This document shows, one piece after another, positions 1-9,768 of a stretch of 64,000 bases of DNA (its first letter is position 1; each line of letters opens with the position of its first letter). The DNA comes from Methanomassiliicoccales archaeon (GTDB lineage Archaea; Thermoplasmatota; Thermoplasmata; Methanomassiliicoccales; JACIVX01). The stretch spans positions 319,924 through 383,923 of the forward strand of contig JACIVX010000001.1 of NCBI GenBank assembly GCA_014361295.1, read 5' to 3'. Position numbers and translations under genes: made by a program. The notes beneath the pieces were generated by a model that made no database searches, had not been told where the DNA came from, and was given only the letters and a program-made list of their open reading frames with translations.

Positions 1-840
1 GGAGTTGAAATCAGTTGTACTTGTACGCCGTACTTAACAACGAATGTGCCACAGCCGGGTGATACTGTAGCATGGGCTGAATCATCAGCACTTTCTTATG
101 TTAATTCTGTCATCGGGGCGAGAACAAACAGAGAAGGCGGACCTGGCGCTCTTGCGGCAGCAATCATCGGAAAGACGCCACATTATGGACTTCATCTCGA
201 TGAAAATAGAAAGCCCACGGTAATTATCAAGGCAGATATTAGAGAGGGGGTCTTCGATCACTCTTTGCTTGGCCACGCCGTTGGAAAAATTGTATCAAAT
301 GGTGTTCCCTACTTTAGAGGAATACGACCATCTCAAGACGAAATCAAGACACTCGCGGCTGCTATGGCGGCGTCTGGTTCCATCGGTATTTTCCATATCG
401 AAGGGATCACACCTGGTGCAGATCGCTATGATCTAAATAAACTCGAAAAGATTGAAATCGGCAAGAGAGAGATTCAAGATGTATGTGAATCATTGAACAC
501 TGGCGAGGAACCAGAGCTCATTGCGCTGGGGTGTCCCCATCTGTCCATTAAAGAAGTGAAGGTTCTTGCAAAATTCCTGCGTTCGAAGAGAAAGAAGAAA
601 GATATCGATGTGTGGTTTTGTACATCGCGGTATGTTAAGGAAAGGTGCGAGAAGGAAGTCGAGATTCTCGAGAAATTCGGAAGGGTTATTTGTGACACAT
701 GCATGGTAGTTGCTCCAATCGAAGCTATGTATTCGTGCACCGCGACTAACTCAGCAAAGGCGTGCAATTATCTGCCGACGTTATGTTCGCAAAAAGTAGT
801 TTGCGCTGATTCAATTGAACTCCTGAGGATGATAACTTGA
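1..840 (+). CDS. Aconitase X (AcnX, DUF521) catalytic/large subunit, 5'-partial. Likely mevalonate-5-phosphate dehydratase large subunit.
   Basis: The reading frame is open from base 1 with no upstream stop. The ORF track starts it at GTG 46. The stop TGA is at 838-840. The sequence resembles the AcnX large subunit and is immediately followed, with a 4-nt overlap, by a DUF126 small-subunit gene. Confidence 0.65.
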   Translation, partial: GVEISCTCTPYLTTNVPQPGDTVAWAESSALSYVNSVIGARTNREGGPGALAAAIIGKTPHYGLHLDENRKPTVIIKADIREGVFDHSLLGHAVGKIVSNGVPYFRGIRPSQDEIKTLAAAMAASGSIGIFHIEGITPGADRYDLNKLEKIEIGKREIQDVCESLNTGEEPELIALGCPHLSIKEVKVLAKFLRSKRKKKDIDVWFCTSRYVKERCEKEVEILEKFGRVICDTCMVVAPIEAMYSCTATNSAKACNYLPTLCSQKVVCADSIELLRMIT

Positions 841-1655
841 TTCTGAAGGGTAGAGGTGTCTCAAGGGGCAGAGCAGAGGGAAATCTCATCCTCATTCATT
901 CCCCATTCAGTTTTCTCGGTGGGGTTGACACCAAGACGGGTTCTTTACTGGCTCCTGAAGAATTGAAAGGAAGGCAAATCGCTGGTAGGGTATTGGTTTT
1001 TCCGGTAGGAAAGGGCAGCACTGTTGGCTCTTACACAATTCTGGAATTAAAAAGGGCAGGTAATTCTCCAGTTGCCATTGTTAATGAAAAAGCAGAACCG
1101 ATCGTGGCAACCGGTGCTGTCATGGCAGGTCTCCCCCTTGTGGATAAGATCGATTTATCTCTGTTGAGAGACGGGGATTACGCACTTGTCGACGGGAATG
1201 AGGGTACCGTAGAGATTCCTGGGGTTGCTGAGAAACACGTCGTTTCCTGTGTTTTGAAAAAAGGAAATCGTATCTTGATATTAAAACGCAGTGAGAAGGT
1301 GGGAACTTTTAGAGGACACTGGGCAGGTGTTAGCGGTTTCGTCGAGAAAGGCGAGATGCCTTTGGAAACAGCATTCAAAGAAATATTGGAAGAACTGGGT
1401 ATCAACAACGCTAAACTCGTAAAGACTGGCACGCCTCTAATGATCAGATCTGGGGATATCCTGTGGACGATCCATCCCTATTTGTTTGATGTCGATGAAT
1501 CGAGGGTAACCACTGATTGGGAGCATACTGAATATCGGTGGATCCTTCCAAGCGAGCTAGCTTCATACGAGATAGTCCCTGGTCTCGACAAAGTCATATC
1601 ATCACTTCTTGCGAGCGACGGAAATGTGAAAAGTCAGAACGCCTCCAAGCGTTAG
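837..1655 (+). CDS. AcnX small subunit (DUF126 swivel domain) fused to a C-terminal Nudix hydrolase domain
   Basis: TTG start overlaps the upstream stop (TTGA). The N-terminal ~128 aa (MILKGRGVSRGRAEGNLILI...) is typical of the AcnX small subunit. The C-terminal ~140 aa carries a Nudix box, GVSGFVEKGEMPLETAFKEILEELGI (GX5EX7[RK]EUXEEXGU). Confidence 0.7.
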   Translation: MILKGRGVSRGRAEGNLILIHSPFSFLGGVDTKTGSLLAPEELKGRQIAGRVLVFPVGKGSTVGSYTILELKRAGNSPVAIVNEKAEPIVATGAVMAGLPLVDKIDLSLLRDGDYALVDGNEGTVEIPGVAEKHVVSCVLKKGNRILILKRSEKVGTFRGHWAGVSGFVEKGEMPLETAFKEILEELGINNAKLVKTGTPLMIRSGDILWTIHPYLFDVDESRVTTDWEHTEYRWILPSELASYEIVPGLDKVISSLLASDGNVKSQNASKR

Positions 1656-4600
1656 ATCGTCACATCGACTTCTTTCTCTAATAGATTCAATTCATGCTGT
1701 TCAAGTGTTGAGGGATTAAGCGCAATTAAGAGTATTGCTTCCTTAATCGCGACCTGATCTCTGAGAGATTGAACGAATCTCAGCACGGTTAGGAAATTGT
1801 TGTTTGTGATTAAGTATTCAAGCCCGTCGAGAAGTATGATGCTATTACTTGTTGATGAAAGGAATTGTTCCAGTGAGACACTTAACTTTTCCAGATCCTT
1901 CGGCCTTAGACTGTTCTCCTTCCCTACATTAGAAAGCCAGATAATCGGCGTATCACCGAGGTCATACTTCGTTTTGATCTTCAATGGATAATTTCTCGTC
2001 ACACAGAATCCTTTAAAACCTTTCGAAAGTGCCTTCATGAATAGTTCATACGACCGCTCCGACTTTTCTTCTTTGATAAGATACGTGAAAGTCTTCTCAA
2101 GTGCAAGCTCCTCGATTTCCTGGGCCTCAGCTTTTTCAACTTCTTCGATTTCTTCTCCCTCGATCGGAACACTCGTTCCGCACGAGGGGCATGCAAGCGC
2201 GTCAGGCATGATCTCCGATCCACATGTACTGCATGTGATGATCTTTTCAAATCCGCCTGACTGTGCATATTGGTAAATCGTATCCGCCGTTTTCGTACCG
2301 ATGCCCTTCAATGATCTGAGGTCTTCCCTCCTCGCTTTCTTGATCTTCTCAATGCTGTTGAATCCTGCATCATACAGCATTTCAGCCTTCAGTGAATTCA
2401 TCCTCGGAATCCTAAGCAAATAGGCGATAAACCGCTCTTTTGGCATCACTTCTTCTTTCGCGCTGATCGATCGGCCGCATGAGGGACAAACCGTTACTCC
2501 GGGTTTAATCGGTGCGCCGCAGCTTGGGCAAGATTCACCTTCGGCAGTTTCCTTTTTCGCGAAGAAATGGAGGATCTTCCTCATATCGTTCTTGTTCAAC
2601 CCTTTGACGCTTGAAAGACGCTCCTCGCCCGCTTTTTTCAGGTCCTCCAAATTCCTAAAACCACTTTCCGCGAGTGCAATTGCCGTTTCCCTCGTGAGTC
2701 CAGGGATCTTCATGAATTCCTTCATCGCGTCCCTTATATGCATCGACGTGATGCTAATGACAACATTCTCCCCTTCGATATCCCATTCTCTGACGAGCTC
2801 TCCCTTCGGCTCATCGACAAATTCGAGTTCTTGGGCTCTCGTTTCGCCCATAATATATTTCATGTGAATCTTGAAAAACTCAATAAGTTTCGTCGGCGCT
2901 CTTACTTGGACCTTAATGTACTCTTCGATATCGAGTTTGGCATCCTTTCTCATTTGCTGAATTCTTCTAATCAGTTCACGCGAAAATCCCTCTGCCTCGA
3001 TATCCTGCGTGATCTTGAAATCGATATACAATTCTCCTTCAGAGAATTTAGCGCTCGTCACATCGGGCGGAAGTGACACAGTAAATGAGACCATATTCGG
3101 CTCGATTTTGATGAGTTGCCCTTCGATGCCTAAGCAATACTCCCCCTTCTCAATGCTCTCTTTCACTTGTTTTGCAGGTCTGCTCTTCAAAAGCACGGCG
3201 ATCTTACTTGACCATTGTCGATAGACCTTTCCAATTGCGTGAGGATTCGGAACCACGTTGAGGATTAGCTCGTTCCATTCCTGATCTGGATTGACGTATT
3301 CTACTGTCTTAACATTCGCTTGCGAAAGGAGCACGCCCTCGAGGGATTTGATTGAATCCATTACTTCTTTATTCACTGGTTTGATAATCAACCGTCTTAA
3401 AGGCCAGCGTAGTTTAACGCCTTTGCTTTGTCTTTCTCTTGTCACAATCTCGACGATTTCCTGAACTGTTCTCATTGCCGTTTCCAATCGATCGTTTGTC
3501 TTTGTCATATCCGGAACTGGCCACTCCAGCATGTGAACCGATTCCAATGAACCGTCGAGGTGCTGGTAAATTTCCTCTGCAATATGTGGACAGAATGGTG
3601 CAATCAGTTTAACAATAGTCATCAACGCATCGTAGAGTGTTTTATATGCTGCGAGTTTGTCGAGATCGCCTTCCTCTTTCCACATTCTATCTCGAACAAG
3701 TCGTACGTACCACCTGCTGACATCCTCTAAAATGAAATCTTCGAGTGCCCTGCATGCCTTATGCAATTCGTATGAATTGAGATAGCGGGTCACGTCGTTT
3801 TTCAGTTTTTCGCATTTCGAGATAAGCCAGAGGTCTTCCATTCTCAGAGAATTCTTCAACATTTCATTACTTACCGACGAGGGATCGAATTTATCGATGA
3901 CCATATAGGATATGGCGAAATTGCAGACATTCCACAGGATGTTGAGTGTTCTTCTCGCATTCTTGACTCCTTCAAACTGAAACGCAATATCTTCCCATGG
4001 CGCGTTTGTCCTCATCATATAGAATCTCAAAGCATCTGCGCCGTATTCCTTGATGACAGCCGAGGGTTCTATGACATTTCCCCTGCTCTTCGACATTGGT
4101 TGTCCAGTTGGGTCAAGGACCCACCCGTGCATAAGGACGGACTCATATGGCGCCCTCTGAAAACAGATGCAGCTCGCAGCGAGCTGCGAATAAAACCAAC
4201 CCCTCGTCTGATCGTGCGCCTCGGTGATCCATTTTGCTGGCCACCATCTATCGAAGTCTTTTCGATTCCCGGGAAAACCGAGTTGTGCCCATGTCGATAC
4301 ACCTGAATCGAACCAGACATCGAGAACGTCAGGAACACGCCTCATTTCTCCGCCGCATTTCTCACATGTTAAAATTACGGCATCGATCCATGGACGATGA
4401 AGCTCCATCCCCTCTCTGTAACCCTTCGCACCCTTGAGATCGGAGATCATTCCGATGATTTTCATCTCCCCACACGTGCATTTCCATACAGGTAGTGGAA
4501 TACCCCAATATCTTTGTCTCGAGATGCACCAATCTCTTGCATTCAGGGTCCAATCGTACTCCCTTGATGACCCAGCCCAGTCCGGTGTCCATCTTATCTT

Positions 4601-5971
4601 CTCGATCTCTTCGAGCATCAGCTCCTTGATTTGAGTCACTCGAAGGAACCATTGACTCGTCGTTCTATATATAATTGGAGAATCACACCTCCAGCAATGG
4701 CCGTAACGGTGGTCGATCGTACCTTCATAGTAAATCAGACCTTTTTCCTTAAGACGTTCAATGATCAACGCGTTTGACTTTTTAACATTCATTCCAGCGA
4801 GCCAGTCCCCTGCATCCTTCGTGAATCTGCCAGTTTCATCAACGGGGCAGAATGCTTCAAGACCAAATTCCTGTCCAATCTCAAAGTCTTCAGGACCATG
4901 ACCTGGAGCGATATGAACGAGACCAGTATTCTCGGCCGCCACAGTCTTCGAAGGCACTACTCTGTGGACCCATTTACCCGTTGCGTTCTTCTGATATGGG
5001 ACTTCTTCATAAAACGGAGGAATGTATTCCTTTCCGATAAGATCGTCACCTTCAATAGTCCCCAATACTTCGAATTCTTCACAATCAGAGAGGGTGACGA
5101 CTTCTTCAATTAAACTCTCAAGAACGATAATCGTTTGACTTTTACCATCAGGCCCGAAACACTTGACCTTAGCATATGTAAAATCCGGATGTATCGCGAC
5201 TGCCATGTTTGCAGGCAAAGTCCAGGGGGTCGTGGTCCACACGAGTAGTGCGACATCCTCTTCGTCACGCAGGGGAAATTTGACATAAATTGATGGATCC
5301 TTTTCATCCCAATACTCAATTTCTGCTTCGGCGAGCGCTGTTTCACATCGCGGACACCAGGACAAGACTCTGTTTGCGGTCATTAAAAGACCCTGATCAT
5401 ATGCCCTCTTGAGTGTCCACCAAGCTGCTTCTATATACTCTGGTTTGATCGTCATGTAAGGATTTTCCCAATCAAGCCACACTCCGAGCTCCTTGAATTG
5501 CTCGGTCATCCTCTTCTGAAAATCAAGGGCAAATTCTTTGCAGGTGCTGACGAATTTATCGATTCCATATTCCTCAATTTCTTTCTTGCTTTTAATCCCG
5601 ATCGACTGCTCGACCTTCACCTCAATGGGAAGTCCGTGCATATCGTATCCAGGCTGATCCCTCACGTTGTATTTTTGCATCCTTCTGAACCTGATCAACG
5701 TGTCTTTGATGATTTTATTCCATGCGGTTCCGAGATGGATCGATCCAGTTGTATATGGGGGACCATCAACAAAATAAAAATCCGTACCGCTTGATCGAAG
5801 CTCCTTCGTTTTCTTATACGCGTTTGTGTGCTCCCAGTGCTCCTTCACTCTCTTTTCAATTTCTGCTGGATTGTAATTCTGTTGAACTTGCTTGATCATC
5901 GCCGTCCCTTCAGTCACCAAATATCCTTTGTCCTTTTTAAAATTAAGTAAACTGGAAATATGATATCCCAA
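1652..5971 (-). CDS. ileS: Isoleucyl-tRNA synthetase (class I) with an in-frame C-terminal extension of about 350 aa (HhH / zinc ribbon / HhH / zinc ribbon / DUF835-like)
   Basis: HIGH-type motif PPYTTGSIHLGTAW and KMSKS motif are present. The archaeal IleRS body is about 1080 aa. The tail has two CPSCG...CPSCG zinc ribbons, helix-hairpin-helix-like segments (LKGIGTKTADTI) and a terminal DUF835-like block (ILLDGLEYL...). Confidence 0.9.
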   Translation of the reverse strand: MGYHISSLLNFKKDKGYLVTEGTAMIKQVQQNYNPAEIEKRVKEHWEHTNAYKKTKELRSSGTDFYFVDGPPYTTGSIHLGTAWNKIIKDTLIRFRRMQKYNVRDQPGYDMHGLPIEVKVEQSIGIKSKKEIEEYGIDKFVSTCKEFALDFQKRMTEQFKELGVWLDWENPYMTIKPEYIEAAWWTLKRAYDQGLLMTANRVLSWCPRCETALAEAEIEYWDEKDPSIYVKFPLRDEEDVALLVWTTTPWTLPANMAVAIHPDFTYAKVKCFGPDGKSQTIIVLESLIEEVVTLSDCEEFEVLGTIEGDDLIGKEYIPPFYEEVPYQKNATGKWVHRVVPSKTVAAENTGLVHIAPGHGPEDFEIGQEFGLEAFCPVDETGRFTKDAGDWLAGMNVKKSNALIIERLKEKGLIYYEGTIDHRYGHCWRCDSPIIYRTTSQWFLRVTQIKELMLEEIEKIRWTPDWAGSSREYDWTLNARDWCISRQRYWGIPLPVWKCTCGEMKIIGMISDLKGAKGYREGMELHRPWIDAVILTCEKCGGEMRRVPDVLDVWFDSGVSTWAQLGFPGNRKDFDRWWPAKWITEAHDQTRGWFYSQLAASCICFQRAPYESVLMHGWVLDPTGQPMSKSRGNVIEPSAVIKEYGADALRFYMMRTNAPWEDIAFQFEGVKNARRTLNILWNVCNFAISYMVIDKFDPSSVSNEMLKNSLRMEDLWLISKCEKLKNDVTRYLNSYELHKACRALEDFILEDVSRWYVRLVRDRMWKEEGDLDKLAAYKTLYDALMTIVKLIAPFCPHIAEEIYQHLDGSLESVHMLEWPVPDMTKTNDRLETAMRTVQEIVEIVTRERQSKGVKLRWPLRRLIIKPVNKEVMDSIKSLEGVLLSQANVKTVEYVNPDQEWNELILNVVPNPHAIGKVYRQWSSKIAVLLKSRPAKQVKESIEKGEYCLGIEGQLIKIEPNMVSFTVSLPPDVTSAKFSEGELYIDFKITQDIEAEGFSRELIRRIQQMRKDAKLDIEEYIKVQVRAPTKLIEFFKIHMKYIMGETRAQELEFVDEPKGELVREWDIEGENVVISITSMHIRDAMKEFMKIPGLTRETAIALAESGFRNLEDLKKAGEERLSSVKGLNKNDMRKILHFFAKKETAEGESCPSCGAPIKPGVTVCPSCGRSISAKEEVMPKERFIAYLLRIPRMNSLKAEMLYDAGFNSIEKIKKARREDLRSLKGIGTKTADTIYQYAQSGGFEKIITCSTCGSEIMPDALACPSCGTSVPIEGEEIEEVEKAEAQEIEELALEKTFTYLIKEEKSERSYELFMKALSKGFKGFCVTRNYPLKIKTKYDLGDTPIIWLSNVGKENSLRPKDLEKLSVSLEQFLSSTSNSIILLDGLEYLITNNNFLTVLRFVQSLRDQVAIKEAILLIALNPSTLEQHELNLLEKEVDVTI

Positions 5972-6022
5972 TTAATTCTTTCCCATGTGAAAGGTGGCGT
6001 GTATGCATATTTAAAAACGTAT

Positions 6023-7057
6023 TCAACTCCATAGATCAAGGCTCTGCTGTCGGTGTTGTTGACCTTTGATTCTTGTCCAAGCTGCTTCAATCTTTGAGAG
6101 AGCATTTTCAACTCGAGTCCTCGAAAAATCATGCTCCTCGCATAAGAATTCGATCACCTTTACTTTCTCTGCCTCCTTACCTTCGATAGAATATTGATCG
6201 GTTTTTTCAAAATCTTTAAATATCCTTCTTATGGCCTCGTACTTAGGAATGTCTGCATCAATTGTTTTCAACACGGTCTCTAAATTTCCGTAATCTTTGA
6301 TCAACTTCAACGCTTTCTTAGGGCCGATACCGAACAAGCCTTCATTATAATCTGTACCCATCAAGATGCACAAATCGATGAGTTGATCTCTAGAAATGCC
6401 GAGGTGTCCGAGCGTTTTTTGTAATTCAATGAGTTCGATATTGACCTCCTTGAAATCTTCCCTACCGGGCAATTTTCTTTTAGAGGTAAGCGTCAAATTT
6501 CGCACAAGCCGGGGTGCACCAAATAGCAGCGAGTCGAAATCCTGAGACGACGCAGCCCATACATCTCCCTTCGAGGCCATATAAGCCGCTTGCGCTTCTC
6601 CTTCTTCCGGTGCCTGAACGATTGGAATTCCAAGATACGTGAGCAAAACTCGAGATGATGCAACAATTTCATTTGTGATCCTCGTGGACTGAGTAGCTTT
6701 TGAGAAAGCCGTTGCATAATCGCCACTTCGCAATGCATCCTCCCATTCTTTTCTTGCCCTATTCCTCCTCTCACTTCTTTCCAAGATCGTCTGGCTTTTC
6801 ATTTCGGGCGGAACGCCATCAAATACATATATCGGAAGAATACCTACCTCGAGAAGGTTCGCATTTCGATAGAGTAAGCCAGCAAGATGAGAAGTGATCC
6901 TTCCTTTTGAATCCATCAGTGGTGTGCCATCAGGCTGTCGTATGACCGAGAGGAACTGATAAATCGCATTATATGCATCAATCGCTATTCGTTTCCCAGA
7001 TAGAGATTCGAGAGCCAATACATCAGTTGGAACGATCTCTGAAAGATTGACACCCAT
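6023..7057 (-). CDS. fen: Flap endonuclease FEN-1
   Basis: MGVNLSEIVP...IAIDAYNAIYQFL and XPG N/I domains are present. The length of 344 aa is typical of archaeal FEN-1. Confidence 0.9.
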   Translation of the reverse strand: MGVNLSEIVPTDVLALESLSGKRIAIDAYNAIYQFLSVIRQPDGTPLMDSKGRITSHLAGLLYRNANLLEVGILPIYVFDGVPPEMKSQTILERSERRNRARKEWEDALRSGDYATAFSKATQSTRITNEIVASSRVLLTYLGIPIVQAPEEGEAQAAYMASKGDVWAASSQDFDSLLFGAPRLVRNLTLTSKRKLPGREDFKEVNIELIELQKTLGHLGISRDQLIDLCILMGTDYNEGLFGIGPKKALKLIKDYGNLETVLKTIDADIPKYEAIRRIFKDFEKTDQYSIEGKEAEKVKVIEFLCEEHDFSRTRVENALSKIEAAWTRIKGQQHRQQSLDLWS

Positions 7058-7376
7058 ATTACCCGACTCTTCTGAATATCGGTTTATAATATAGGTTCAT
7101 TTGAACATATATCTTTTGAATTACGCTTTATAACCAATGGAACGAGCGCATCCATACGTGTTTCAACTTCTCGATAGCTTCTTTTGAGAAAAAATGCTCA
7201 CTTTGCTTGTGTTTTATGATGTGCTGTGCCGATTTAAGAAATCCCTATCCTAGAAAATATTTCCTTTGGTCAGGAATCTTTTCCCGATTATTAATGCAGG
7301 TTTTCAAAACATGTAAGTTTTTCTAAATTTTCTTTTAGTGCTCACAAAGGAATAGTAAGAGGGTTAATGTTCACTC

Positions 7377-7556
7377 CTAATCTCTTGAGTGCGGTAAGTA
7401 GAGGATCGTCAATCCAATCCCAATCCATGTTATGATTGCGATTGTCACGCAAATGTTTGAGCCTAAATAAACTGCCGCTGCAAGAAGGAGTAATGGAAAA
7501 ACAACAATGAGCAATATGAGAAAGCCCTTGCTCGTAAAGCCATTCGATTCAGACAT
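7377..7556 (-). CDS. Possible small membrane protein of 59 aa, absent from the ORF track
   Basis: ATG...TAG ORF that I translated by hand: MSESNGFTSKGFLILLIVVFPLLLLAAAVYLGSNICVTIAIITWIGIGLTILYLPHSRD. It has two hydrophobic helices and sits in an otherwise empty 580-bp intergenic region. Confidence 0.25.
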   Translation of the reverse strand: MSESNGFTSKGFLILLIVVFPLLLLAAAVYLGSNICVTIAIITWIGIGLTILYLPHSRD

Positions 7557-7639
7557 CCGTGGGAGGATAGAAAGGCCTCTTTATCTATCTTTCTGAAAAC
7601 TTTCCAAGTGAATTCAATTAAAAATAATTACATGAAGGC

Positions 7640-8296
7640 TTATTGTGTTACAAGTTTTCTCCAAATCCTGATCTCTTCTTTCATATCTGCTGCACCGAAA
7701 AGTGCGCTCCCTGCCGCAAGGACAGTCGCACCGGCGTCGACCGCGATGTTACATGTTTCTCTGTTAATCCCCCCATCTACTTCCACTTCGATATCAAGGC
7801 GCGAGCGATCGATAAACTGACGGATCTCTTTAAGTTTTGGAACGACCTCATACATAAATTTCTGACCTGCGAAACCGGGTTGAACTGTCATGACAAGGAT
7901 CAGGTCGATGAAATCCATGTAAGGTTTGACCGCCTCAAACGGCGTTGCTGGATTTAACGATAATCCAGCCTTCTTACCCAACGACTTGATTTTTTCCAGA
8001 GTTTTTTCGATAGATTTGGTCGACTCAATATGAATGGTGATGAGATCGGCTCCAGCTCTTGCAAATTCGTCAATGAATCTTTCTGGAGAGGCGACCATGA
8101 GGTGGACATCGAATGGAAGAGAACACCAGGGACGAGCGGATCTAATGACAACAGGGCCTATCGTGATGTTGGGAACAAAATGACCATCCATTACATCTAT
8201 GTGGATCCAATCAGCACCGGCATCTTCCGCTCTTTTCAACTCTTTCCCCAACCTGGAAAAATCCGCTGACAGGATTGAAGGAGCGATCTTTATCAT
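7640..8296 (-). CDS. rpe: Ribulose-phosphate 3-epimerase
   Basis: MIKIAPSILSADFSRLG...HIDVMDGHFVPN is canonical for Rpe. Confidence 0.9.
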   Translation of the reverse strand: MIKIAPSILSADFSRLGKELKRAEDAGADWIHIDVMDGHFVPNITIGPVVIRSARPWCSLPFDVHLMVASPERFIDEFARAGADLITIHIESTKSIEKTLEKIKSLGKKAGLSLNPATPFEAVKPYMDFIDLILVMTVQPGFAGQKFMYEVVPKLKEIRQFIDRSRLDIEVEVDGGINRETCNIAVDAGATVLAAGSALFGAADMKEEIRIWRKLVTQ

Positions 8297-8384
8297 CCAG
8301 TTTTGTATTAACGACCCTGATAATAATATTTGTCACCTCCTTTCTTTCAAAAAGTCTTTTTACGGCCCTGCAGATGCCGCATCG

Positions 8385-8600
8385 ATGACAGTACGAGAAA
8401 AGGCAGCTAACGAGCCCAAGATATGTGGTGTGGAGGGCTGCACAAAATCAGGAGAGCGTTCCGTCTCCTCAAAACTCGCAGAAAAGGCTGGGCTCAATCT
8501 CAAGGCGGAGAGCAGAAGGGTGCATCTCTGCAAAGATCACTATAAGCAATTCAAAAGGGCGACGAAACGTGATCGGGAACTTGAACTGCTGGGCCGTTGA
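8385..8600 (+). CDS. Small basic zinc-finger-like protein of 71 aa (C-x4-C ... H-L-C-x2-H)
   Basis: The internal ATG at 8385 avoids the antisense overlap with rpe that the 8199 start would create. The sequence is MTVREKAANEPKICGVEGC...RRVHLCKDHYKQFKRATKRDRELELLGR. An AT-rich TATA-like tract lies upstream at about 8320-8332. Confidence 0.35.
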   Translation: MTVREKAANEPKICGVEGCTKSGERSVSSKLAEKAGLNLKAESRRVHLCKDHYKQFKRATKRDRELELLGR

Positions 8601-8660
8601 AATTAAAGATCGATAATAACCAGCGAAAGAGTTAATTATAAAAAGGAATTCACACCGATA

Positions 8661-9743
8661 ATGAAGCCCTCAACAATCCAAATGCTATCCAGCGCAGGGC
8701 TCTCCGCCGCATCCCTATTCATTCCAAATCTGGCAAGGAATGAATTTGGGTCAACAAATGCTGAGATAGGCATAATCGTGGCATCATATAACGCATCAGT
8801 CTTTTTGTCTTCATATTTCTTTGGAAGGGCTTCTGATGTCTACGGTAGGCGTTTTATCCTCATTTCTGGTCTTTTGCTTTCTTCGATAGCATGCGCGATC
8901 CAAATCTTTGCAACGAATACCTTATCTCTGATTATGGTCAGGATCTTTGTTGGCATTTGTGCTGGGATGTTTCCTTCTGCACTTATTGCCTATGTCTATG
9001 AATCGGGGAAGAAAATCGGGAAATTCAGTGCATATGGCAGCCTGGGTTTTGGACTTGGGGTTTTTGTTGCGGGAGTCATCGGCGTATATTATGAAATTTT
9101 CCTCGCAAGTGCGGCTCTTTTAGCCGCGTCATTCGCATTATCATTATATTTACCGTTTGGGAAACAGTCATTGCATAAGGTACCGCTTTTTCCATTGGCG
9201 GTCATCAAGCGGAATCTTCCCGTATGCTTTTCGGTCATGCTCAGGCATATAGGTGCGAACATGATATGGGTAACCTATCCCATTTTTCTGGAGGATTTGG
9301 GGGCAGATCCACTCTTCATCGGGGCGATTTACGCGGTGAATTCAATCGGACAATTCGTCTTCATGCAATTCCTAGACCGTTACGGTTCGACGAAATTGGT
9401 CATCGCCGGTTTCGTTCTCTCCGCAGTAACTTTCCCATCATATACGCTTGCCACGGTCTATTGGCAAATAATCCCGGCGCAAATCTTACTCGCATCAGCT
9501 TGGTCGTGTCTATATGTTGGATCGCTGAAATACGTTATGGAAAGGAATGAGGAAAAAGGAACAAGCGCTGGTATGCTACAATCATTCCTCTCAATTTCGG
9601 CAATTATTGGGGCGGCACTCGGAGGTGTCGTTTCATTCAAATTCGGCTACCACGGTTCGATGTATCTTGCGACAATGCTCGCCATCAGCGGACTTGTAAT
9701 GTTTGTAGCTACCAATCGAATGAAACCTCCTGCAAAGGATTAA
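8661..9743 (+). CDS. MFS transporter
   Basis: 12-TM pattern with the MFS signature G-R-x-SD-x-YGRR after TM2 (GRASDVYGRRF). Confidence 0.85.
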   Translation: MKPSTIQMLSSAGLSAASLFIPNLARNEFGSTNAEIGIIVASYNASVFLSSYFFGRASDVYGRRFILISGLLLSSIACAIQIFATNTLSLIMVRIFVGICAGMFPSALIAYVYESGKKIGKFSAYGSLGFGLGVFVAGVIGVYYEIFLASAALLAASFALSLYLPFGKQSLHKVPLFPLAVIKRNLPVCFSVMLRHIGANMIWVTYPIFLEDLGADPLFIGAIYAVNSIGQFVFMQFLDRYGSTKLVIAGFVLSAVTFPSYTLATVYWQIIPAQILLASAWSCLYVGSLKYVMERNEEKGTSAGMLQSFLSISAIIGAALGGVVSFKFGYHGSMYLATMLAISGLVMFVATNRMKPPAKD

Positions 9744-9768
9744 TTTCGCCCTGACTAATAGGGCATTC

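Noticed and set aside
1652-5971. Whether the 1439-aa IleRS ORF is two genes joined by an assembly or frameshift error
   Set aside because: Not rejected outright. The sequence as given has no stop or frame change between the IleRS body and the C-terminal module, so I report it as a fusion and flag read-level verification.
8199-8384. N-terminal 62 codons of the track's 133-aa ORF
   Set aside because: This part is antisense to the 5' end of rpe, which ends at 8296, and has no start context. The internal Met at 8385 gives a compact zinc-finger protein instead.
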